The position numbers and the translations under genes are program-made. DNA of 43,327 bases from a virus (taxonomy: Duplodnaviria > Caudoviricetes), in IMG/VR virus record IMGVR_UViG_3300035338_000022, positions 1-43,327 of that record. One strand, given 5' to 3'. Every line of letters starts with the position of its first letter. Position 1 is the stretch's first letter. Of the stretch, positions 1 to 6,733 are shown piece by piece. The notes under the pieces are model-generated. The model ran no database searches. It saw only the letters and a program-made list of their open reading frames with translations, and had not been told where the DNA came from.

Positions 1-237
1 CTAGAATCGAATTTCAAAACCGATGAAAACCCCCGGGAATTCTGCCTTGAAAAGTGACTCCCATTTCTTCGACAAACCTGAATGAACGATGAGTGGAATC
101 TTAGTTTTGAATCCGAGGGTGAAAACAGCCAAGGTCTTGTTACCTCCGATGTTAAGAGAAAGGGGTTTCTTTTCGATCACTCTCCACAGATAGACGTTCT
201 CAGGCCTTAACTTCAGGGAATTAAGATCGAAATTCAC
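1..237 (-). CDS. Hypothetical protein at the end of the lysis cassette
   Basis: 78-aa ORF with GTGA overlap on the upstream stop; no recognised motif. Confidence 0.5.
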   Translation of the reverse strand: MNFDLNSLKLRPENVYLWRVIEKKPLSLNIGGNKTLAVFTLGFKTKIPLIVHSGLSKKWESLFKAEFPGVFIGFEIRF

Positions 238-746
238 TCCGTAGGCTGGGTAGATTCTAAAGGGTCTGGCATCGCCAGAGTCGGTGTTTCCTTGATCTCC
301 TCTTCCGTGACAAGCAGAACAGCACTTGGTTCTTGCTGCAGTTTCTTCAGGAAAGTCTCGACCTCATAGCGGACGACAGCGCGTGCGGCGTTTTCTACAT
401 GATCAGGGACCTCTTTCTGATCTACCTCTGCCCACTCTTCCATAAGTGCGATCGCCTGATCCTCAATCTTCTTGTTGAGTTCATCTCGCTCGGCCGTCCC
501 CTTTTCAGTCGCTTCTTTAGCGGTCTTATACTGGAGCTCGAGGTTTACTACCGCGATCTTTGCCCATTTAGTAAGTCGGTCCAGGAGAGAACCGTTGTCT
601 GGAACGAGTTTCTCCGCAATATCGGTTGCCGGTCTCGCAATGAAGAGAATTGTTTCAAATGTCTTCTTCCAGCCTTTCCATAGCACTACTATCACAAGCG
701 CGACTATGGCCACGGGTGGGATAATGTAAAGCCATTCCATATTCAT
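234..746 (-). CDS. Membrane-anchored lysis protein, holin-like
   Basis: Single N-terminal TM (WLYIIPPVAIVALVIVVLW) then a helical acidic domain; ATGA-coupled to the endolysin. Confidence 0.6.
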   Translation of the reverse strand: MNMEWLYIIPPVAIVALVIVVLWKGWKKTFETILFIARPATDIAEKLVPDNGSLLDRLTKWAKIAVVNLELQYKTAKEATEKGTAERDELNKKIEDQAIALMEEWAEVDQKEVPDHVENAARAVVRYEVETFLKKLQQEPSAVLLVTEEEIKETPTLAMPDPLESTQPTE

Positions 747-1171
747 TCCTCCTTCTTGATCTCTCTGTATTTGTCAAGGACCTTCTTCACGAAGTCCTCT
801 GTTTCTTTCGGCAGTTTCGGTTTCTTTCCCTGGATGAAGTCCCTCGCGTTTCCGTAACCCCAGTTCCAGGCGATCAGGACAAGGTTCATGTCGTTCGGGA
901 ATTTTGAGAGCAACCAGGAAAGATAAATGCTCGCCGCAACTGTTGAACATACGGGGCAAAATGGATTGAAAGGATAACCGAACCTCTCGCGAAGATCCTG
1001 CTGAGTAATCGGCATGAACTGAAACAAGCCTTGAGCTCCTTTCCTCGAGACCGCCTCAGGATTGAGCGAAGATTCAATATAAGCGATTGCGAAGAGAAGC
1101 TCAGGTTCAATTGATGGTGAGGTTTCCCTCTGCTTCATCCAAACTCTTATGTCTTCAAGAGTTATCATCAC
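743..1171 (-). CDS. Endolysin, lytic transglycosylase (SLT family)
   Basis: Catalytic IES motif, AVSRKGAQGLFQFMP, AWNWG (AYNAG equivalent) and ETEDFVKKV. Confidence 0.92.
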   Translation of the reverse strand: MMITLEDIRVWMKQRETSPSIEPELLFAIAYIESSLNPEAVSRKGAQGLFQFMPITQQDLRERFGYPFNPFCPVCSTVAASIYLSWLLSKFPNDMNLVLIAWNWGYGNARDFIQGKKPKLPKETEDFVKKVLDKYREIKKEE

Positions 1172-1172
1172 A

Positions 1173-1541
1173 TCACCTCACAATTGTGGCTATCAAATCA
1201 AGCAGTTTGATTCCGAACGCTCCAAGCAATGCAAGCCCAATGGCTTTCCAGAGCTCTATTCTCTTGGCTTTGATTCCAAATGAGTTTTCCATCGCCTTAT
1301 GGATAAGCTTCTGGTTCATTTCCCAGACGTCTTGCATGAATTTCTTGTAGAAACCGTTCTGCATGAAGTCTTTTATGTTCGCTTCGACTCTGTCCAGCCT
1401 TTCATCAATCCTTTCGTCTTGAGCTTTGTTCATTTCTGTTATCTGCTGGTTGGTTGATTCCGTGACTTTCTGTATGATTTGCTTCTCAAAGCTTTGCCTA
1501 TTCTGAATGAAATAGCATTCCGTCTGATGTTTGTCCCCCAT
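1173..1541 (-). CDS. Coiled-coil protein with C-terminal TM, possible holin or lysis accessory
   Basis: GGAGGT RBS; C-terminal hydrophobic AIGLALLGAFGIKLLDLIATIV; directly upstream of the endolysin. Confidence 0.6.
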   Translation of the reverse strand: MGDKHQTECYFIQNRQSFEKQIIQKVTESTNQQITEMNKAQDERIDERLDRVEANIKDFMQNGFYKKFMQDVWEMNQKLIHKAMENSFGIKAKRIELWKAIGLALLGAFGIKLLDLIATIVR

Positions 1542-1557
1542 GTTTCCACCTCCAGAA

Positions 1558-1788
1558 CTAGAATCTCGCGGGCAGCAACATAATCAGCCCAAGCATTGCG
1601 CCTGCACACGTTGCTAAGAAGTCTAGAAACTCTGGAGTCCCCTTTTTCCACCATTTGTCCCAGATAGCCTCTTTAGCGGCTCCCGTCATACATCCGAACA
1701 CAAAGCCGATCACGACGTTTTGAAATAGGCCACCAAGAGCAAGGGAAATTATCCACCCCAACAACGCATGAGCAATCTTGTCTTTCAC
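1558..1788 (-). CDS. Small integral membrane protein
   Basis: About three TM segments; DKxxH...KE.xD...GTPEFLDFLAT pattern typical of small phage membrane proteins; GTGA overlap with the RT stop. Confidence 0.7.
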   Translation of the reverse strand: MKDKIAHALLGWIISLALGGLFQNVVIGFVFGCMTGAAKEAIWDKWWKKGTPEFLDFLATCAGAMLGLIMLLPARF

Positions 1789-2816
1789 CTAAACACCTCC
1801 GAAAGGCCAGCAAAATCAATTACTCTCTGCATGGCCGAGTACGATTTTGAGAACTTACATTGTCCCTGCCAAGACGCCACTGATGAACGGAGTTTCTGAA
1901 AGCTCGCTGCCCCTTCTTCGTAAAGAATCCTTAGCTTTCGAAGCCTTCGCTTGCTTCTCCGGATATTCGCCTTTCTCAACAGAAGTTTGTCTTTCCAGAT
2001 GTGATAGCCAAGAAAGTCAATGCCGAGCGTTGCGGGGAATATCCCTGTCTTATGATTGAGTGATAGTTTCAGTTTGTCTTGCAGGAAGATCTCGATCTCT
2101 CCTAAATGTTCCCAGAGTTCTTCCTTGCTATCGCTCAGGATTATGAAGTCGTCTACATATCTTACGTAGTGTTTCGCACGAAGATCATATTTGACAAAAG
2201 TATCCAATTCATTAAGGTAAATGTTTGCAAATAGTTGACTCGTCAAAGCGCCTATCGGGATCCCTCTGGCAGATCCGCATGAAGTACCATCAATGATTGT
2301 ATCTATGAACCATAGCGTGTCTTCACAAGAGACCTTCTTCCTAAGAAGCGTCTTTAGAACAGTATGGTCGATCGAAGGAAAATAGCTTGAGATATCCGCT
2401 TTAAGGCAATATGTTCTGGGTAAAGACCGCGCCAGCTTCCTTAAGAAGTAAATAATTCTTTCAACGCCCGCATGAGTTCCCTTCCCCTTTCTGCACGCAT
2501 AACTGTCGTATATAAACCGCGCGTCGAAGATCGGCTCGATGACATTGCATAACGCGTGATGAACAACCCTGTCTTTGAAGCTAGGTGCCTGGATGATTCG
2601 CTTCTTTGGTTCATATACGATGAATTCTCTATATCTCCCCGGAGAGTACATCTTCCAGATAAGTTCGTTCTGGATTGTGATAAGATTTGCTTCGAGGTTA
2701 TCAGTGAATGTGAGCACATCTTCTCGGTATCTCTTGTTCTTCCTTGCCTTTATGTAAGCAAGATAGATATTTTCAAAACTATAGACTTTCTCGAATATGT
2801 TGTTGATTCTTTTCAC
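1785..2816 (-). CDS. DGR reverse transcriptase (343 aa)
   Basis: KRIIQAPSFKDRVVHHAL, YACRKGKGTH, LKADISSYFPSIDH, GIPIGALTSQLFANIYL (SQ signature of DGR RTs), YVRYVDDF and GIDFLGY. Start reassigned to GTG 2816 behind GGAGGT. Confidence 0.96.
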   Translation of the reverse strand: MKRINNIFEKVYSFENIYLAYIKARKNKRYREDVLTFTDNLEANLITIQNELIWKMYSPGRYREFIVYEPKKRIIQAPSFKDRVVHHALCNVIEPIFDARFIYDSYACRKGKGTHAGVERIIYFLRKLARSLPRTYCLKADISSYFPSIDHTVLKTLLRKKVSCEDTLWFIDTIIDGTSCGSARGIPIGALTSQLFANIYLNELDTFVKYDLRAKHYVRYVDDFIILSDSKEELWEHLGEIEIFLQDKLKLSLNHKTGIFPATLGIDFLGYHIWKDKLLLRKANIRRSKRRLRKLRILYEEGAASFQKLRSSVASWQGQCKFSKSYSAMQRVIDFAGLSEVFR

Positions 2817-2963
2817 ATAGACCTCCATAGAAACGGCGGAGAACGTTGGTTCGCTACTAGCTCTCCGCCGGTGTTTCTCGTATTTCGCTATAAGCGAGGA
2901 TCTGAATTCCTTTGGCATTTGCTCTGGAAGAATGCCCTTAAGCATTCTTCTTCTGGCGATTAT
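2817..2963 (-). ncRNA. DGR TR-RT spacer, structured part of the template RNA
   Basis: 147-nt interval with a perfect 9-bp stem (2927-2935/2942-2950) and a long hairpin at 2829-2878. Confidence 0.65.
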
Positions 2964-3083
2964 CAAAGCGGCGCGCAGACCAATGTTGTTGTTCCGGTTC
3001 GTAGGCTCGTTGTTGAGGTTCAAGATGAGACCAGACCGAGCGTTAGACCCGTTGTTCCAGTTCCCGCCCCGGAGGGCCGCGCG
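2964..3083 (-). repeat. DGR template repeat (TR)
   Basis: 120-bp copy of 3494-3613; 11 AAC codons and 26 adenines on the coding strand. Confidence 0.97.
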
Positions 3084-3093
3084 CAGAAACAAT

Positions 3094-3429
3094 TCAGACC
3101 CTTATGGACTTCATCCACCCGCCGATCATTTTTCCAATTTCGGTAAGGTAACCAGCCCATATCTCGTATTTCTTCAATGGCACAAATTTCAAATTAACCG
3201 CCAACCGCACATAACTTCTCAGAACATCCAGTTCCACGTCGAGTTCTTGCATGGTAGTCTTCTTGAAGTACTTTTTGTTGCAGGCGATCACTAACTCGAG
3301 TAGCCTGAACATAGATCTCTTTATCTCGGCGGCCAGAGTGTGCTTCTCGCTTTTCGGGAATTGTGCCAGTACGATATATGCGTATGTGATCATATCTTCG
3401 ATCTTCTGTTTTATCTTCAGCGGTTCCAT
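3094..3429 (-). CDS. avd: DGR accessory variability determinant
   Basis: 111-aa basic helical protein with FPKSEKHTLAAEIKR, LDVELDVLR and EIGKMIGGW; lies between target and TR. Confidence 0.93.
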   Translation of the reverse strand: MEPLKIKQKIEDMITYAYIVLAQFPKSEKHTLAAEIKRSMFRLLELVIACNKKYFKKTTMQELDVELDVLRSYVRLAVNLKFVPLKKYEIWAGYLTEIGKMIGGWMKSIRV

Positions 3430-3463
3430 GCTATTGCCTCGCTATCGCTCGCCCATCAGATCT

Positions 3464-4717
3464 TCAGGACCCAGATTCCAGATCTTCATCCGCCAAAGCG
3501 GCGCGCAGACCAATGTAGTAGTTCCGGCTCGCAGGCTCGGAGTTGAGGGACAAGATGAGACCAGACCGAGCGGTAGACCCGCTGCTCCAGTACCCGCCCC
3601 GGAGGGCCGCGCGGGTGCCGTATAGCCGCCAGTAGGCCCGATCAAGCCATTCGCCAGAGGCCGATACATCTGAAGGAAGCGCCAAATCAGGGTAGTCGGT
3701 TCGGAGCTTCTTGAACCACGCGTAGTAGTAGGGACTTGATGTTGGCGAAGTCAAAACCATTCCTGTTCCGGGCATCGTCACCGCGGCAGAGTCACTGTGG
3801 GCGACCACCGAAGAACCAGATGTTCCCCTAGAGACTGTAATGGTGTTCTCTCCAATACCACTAATGGTCATGATTTCCACGTCGATCTGGATTATTCTGC
3901 CCACCGCAAAACCGTCCGCTCCGGGACCGTTCAGCAGGTTTTTGTATGTGATCGTCACCGGGTCGTCTGTTCCGATCGCGCCGTCCAAATATGCCACACA
4001 CCCAGTCGGAATAACACACACAGGAGTACCGTTATTGTCCCACACACTGTCGGTGATCAGGAAGTCGTTCCACTGGTACACGTTTCCTACGATCCCCCAG
4101 ATCCCGTTCTTTTTCCCGTTATGGAACCAAGAATCTGGTCCTGTCCCGGCCAGTACCCTGCCCGCTTGAACCGGGTCGAATTCGCCATAGTATTCAGCGC
4201 TATCGGGATCTCGGTAGTCTCTGCCCGAGGAGTTGTTCCCTCTCAGCTTATCCCCTACGAGCCATCGCGCCAGAAAGCAGATGGTAGACCATTCACGCAT
4301 GGTTACCATGTGCCATTGTCTGCCGTTCGTATATCTGTTTTCGATCGCCACTTTCGCGTTGTTCCAGTCTATGTCAGTCCACACCACCTTCCCTTGCTGG
4401 GAAACTGCAACATCCGTTGTGGACCCGGGCGAGATAGTCGCCCCCACCGCAACGCCTCGAGAAGAGTCTGTGGCTGATTTGTGACTGCACTGATACTTGT
4501 CGAACCAGAAGCCGCCGAGATGGAGGTCGCCGCCAGGGAAATCGCCGCTCTCCCACCCCACTCCTTTAGGAATAGTAAACCTAGGAATATATACCGCCAC
4601 TGAGGAAGAACCGTCGTCTGTTGGAAATGTATATTCGAATGATTTCATATCCACTTCTCTTGCCAGCGATCTTAGATCTCCGAACCGCTGGCGTGAAAGA
4701 GGTTTATATCTTCTCAT
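3464..4717 (-). CDS. DGR target protein, FGE-type C-type-lectin fold, probable receptor-binding protein
   Basis: GGFWFDKYQCS, WHMVTMREW, GIWGIVGNVYQW and C-terminal RGGYW...IGLR in the VR. Start uncertain: 4717 has GAGGTG upstream and overlaps the previous gene end; 4648 is an alternative. Confidence 0.9.
   Translation of the reverse strand: MRRYKPLSRQRFGDLRSLAREVDMKSFEYTFPTDDGSSSVAVYIPRFTIPKGVGWESGDFPGGDLHLGGFWFDKYQCSHKSATDSSRGVAVGATISPGSTTDVAVSQQGKVVWTDIDWNNAKVAIENRYTNGRQWHMVTMREWSTICFLARWLVGDKLRGNNSSGRDYRDPDSAEYYGEFDPVQAGRVLAGTGPDSWFHNGKKNGIWGIVGNVYQWNDFLITDSVWDNNGTPVCVIPTGCVAYLDGAIGTDDPVTITYKNLLNGPGADGFAVGRIIQIDVEIMTISGIGENTITVSRGTSGSSVVAHSDSAAVTMPGTGMVLTSPTSSPYYYAWFKKLRTDYPDLALPSDVSASGEWLDRAYWRLYGTRAALRGGYWSSGSTARSGLILSLNSEPASRNYYIGLRAALADEDLESGS
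3494..3613 (-). repeat. DGR variable repeat (VR)
   Basis: 108/120 identical to TR, no indels; encodes RAALRGGYWSSGSTARSGLILSLNSEPASRNYYIGLRAAL. Confidence 0.97.
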
Positions 4718-5132
4718 CTTTCGCCACCACCTCTTTGGGAGGCTCGGTACTTCGAACCATATAGATCGGATTGTCTTTTTCATATCCCACGATCGGAGAG
4801 GTGCCTTCAAATCCGAACGCGGCGTATTCCACGAACGCGACTACAGGTCTCCCGTCTCTCCACTCAAAGACAGGGGTGCCGTCTTCGAGGATCTCGTAGT
4901 ACGGTTTCCCGTTGACGAGTCCCAAAGGCTGGGCGCTTTTTGCGGAAAGCCCGACGCTCTCCCGACTCGTTTTTGTTCGTTCGCAAAAGTCCGACAGGTA
5001 GATCTGACCATATTCTAGCGCCTCTTCCTCTTTTTTAGCTATTACCTTTCTTCTGTCCAGGACTTTGTTGACATCCTTAATGGCTAGCTCATAGACATTG
5101 CCTTCAAGATGAACCGCAGATACTTTAATCAT
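4704..5132 (-). CDS. Hypothetical tail-associated protein
   Basis: 142 aa, overlapping both the fibre gene and the DGR target. Confidence 0.7.
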   Translation of the reverse strand: MIKVSAVHLEGNVYELAIKDVNKVLDRRKVIAKKEEEALEYGQIYLSDFCERTKTSRESVGLSAKSAQPLGLVNGKPYYEILEDGTPVFEWRDGRPVVAFVEYAAFGFEGTSPIVGYEKDNPIYMVRSTEPPKEVVAKDEKI

Positions 5133-6343
5133 GATGACACATACCTCTTTTCAGTCACTCTCGCGCTACCTGCGGAGGCTGACATAACGTAGATCACCCC
5201 ATCCACGACATCCTGATAGACGTTACCGGGGAATACGATCTGACCGTATGTCGCTTCGTCGTCTGTGAGTACCTCAATGTTCACGCTGCCCTGGTTCAAA
5301 ATGTGAACGATTCTCTGACCGCTCCATGCTGTCGCCCCACCTTTGGCCTCGGCCGGGGTGCTGGAAGTAGAAACCACATCAGTTCGCATCTCGGAGACGG
5401 GAAGCCCTCCGTACTGCATAGATACTATGGAATCGGTCACACCCTCGATGGCGGTCTCGAGATCCGCGAGAGTCTTTGTAGCGGAGAGGGCAGAGAGATC
5501 CACTATGAGCTTCTGAAGTCTGCCTATCACAGTCGTGTTCGCGTCCGTGTCACTGGTGCTGCCTAGAGCTACGTCATCGCCATTTGCAACAGTTGCAGCT
5601 ATACTCGTGAGCGGCGAACTCTCTGTTACTCCGATTCCTGCTTCGAGTATTGACTGCAACTTTTTCAGAAGACCTATGACGGTTGTGACTGTATCCACAT
5701 CGGTCGTTGCGCCGAGCGCTACATTATCGCCATCAGCGACCTTAGTATCCACTTTGTCAACTATCTTTTTGATACCGTCTGTACCTTTAATAGCCTCAAG
5801 TAAAGCTCTCGCGGCTTCAAGAGTCGTCTCTGTTGCAAAGTCGAGTTTTGAGATAGTGTCCATGAGAGTCTCAACACTCTGGAGGGTGGTTTCTGTCGAG
5901 AAATCTAGCCCAGAAATCGTTTCAAGTAGGTCTCTGACGGCCTCGAGTTTGGTCTCGGTCGCATAGTCCTTTGCCTTCAAGGACTTCAACAGCCCAATGA
6001 CTGTTTCGGCAGTTGCCTCGTCTGTTGTGGTTCCGAGAGTCGCGATCTTCCCGTCCGCGGCGATGAAGTTAATTTCGCCGTCTTCGGTGAAAACCAGTTT
6101 GTTGCCATTGGTATCAATGAGTTGCACTCTATCTACTTCGACACTCTCGATTGTCACATCACCGACGATCTTTGCGCGGATCTCGTCGTTATCGGTTATT
6201 ACGTCAACGAGCTTCTGGAGAATCGATCCCAGAGTCTCTTCGCTGGCCACATCCCCTATGTCCCCGATTTTCACATCGACTCTGTCATCATCTTCAGGAA
6301 GCCCAATAACCCTTCGTACATCATATCCTCTTGTGTTCTTCAT
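5129..6343 (-). CDS. Putative tail fibre or spike with internal repeats
   Basis: GGAGGT RBS; three 21-aa repeats and three A[DN]G..xLGxTxD...TVIGxLxxL repeats; beta-rich C-terminal domain. Confidence 0.7.
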   Translation of the reverse strand: MKNTRGYDVRRVIGLPEDDDRVDVKIGDIGDVASEETLGSILQKLVDVITDNDEIRAKIVGDVTIESVEVDRVQLIDTNGNKLVFTEDGEINFIAADGKIATLGTTTDEATAETVIGLLKSLKAKDYATETKLEAVRDLLETISGLDFSTETTLQSVETLMDTISKLDFATETTLEAARALLEAIKGTDGIKKIVDKVDTKVADGDNVALGATTDVDTVTTVIGLLKKLQSILEAGIGVTESSPLTSIAATVANGDDVALGSTSDTDANTTVIGRLQKLIVDLSALSATKTLADLETAIEGVTDSIVSMQYGGLPVSEMRTDVVSTSSTPAEAKGGATAWSGQRIVHILNQGSVNIEVLTDDEATYGQIVFPGNVYQDVVDGVIYVMSASAGSARVTEKRYVSS

Positions 6344-6358
6344 GTTATACCTCCAAAG

Positions 6359-6382
6359 CTAACCGCCCTCTCGGGCGGCTAG
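6359..6382 (-). terminator. Stem-loop (weak terminator or processing/stability hairpin)
   Basis: CTAGCCGCCC-GAGA-GGGCGGTTAG followed only by CTTT and the next RBS. Confidence 0.45.
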
Positions 6383-6732
6383 ATGATTACCTTTGCTTTT
6401 ATCTTCAGTCTCTCAATTTGCGTAATGTTTCCAAATGTAGCAGTAGTCTTCAAATAATACGTCCCGGGAGGAGCGTCGCACTTCTGAAGGAGCCGGAAAA
6501 AGCCGTCGGGATGAACGAAAACCTGACTGTCTGAAATCTGATCGAAGACCCCTGTTTCATCATCGTATCTTTCGAGTCTTGCCTCGACTAGAGCCGGCTC
6601 TACTGCTATCCAGGATCCGGTTACCAAGTCAAACCCTTCCACAACTGCATCCACGAAGAACGTGTCAAGGGCTTGAACAGAAAAGACATCTATTTGTCCA
6701 TCACCGTATTTGTACCTTATCCGGACATTCAT
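6379..6732 (-). CDS. Small beta-sandwich tail protein, paralogue of the upstream gene's C-terminal domain
   Basis: ATG 6732 behind GGAGGGAG; shares FVDxxVE, PxGxYYLxxTxTF and RLKxK with 6734..8134. Confidence 0.7.
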   Translation of the reverse strand: MNVRIRYKYGDGQIDVFSVQALDTFFVDAVVEGFDLVTGSWIAVEPALVEARLERYDDETGVFDQISDSQVFVHPDGFFRLLQKCDAPPGTYYLKTTATFGNITQIERLKIKAKVII

Positions 6733-6733
6733 C

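Larger units (their letters stand above)
1785..4717 (-). mobile_element. Diversity-generating retroelement (target/VR, avd, TR, spacer, RT)
   Basis: All canonical components are present in the order of the Bordetella phage BPP-1 cassette; TR/VR differences are adenine-specific. Confidence 0.97.

Noticed and set aside
1785-3092. RT as a group II intron, retron or Abi RT
   Set aside because: It is short, has no maturase or endonuclease domain, carries the SQ motif and sits with avd and an adenine-specific TR/VR pair, all indicating a DGR.
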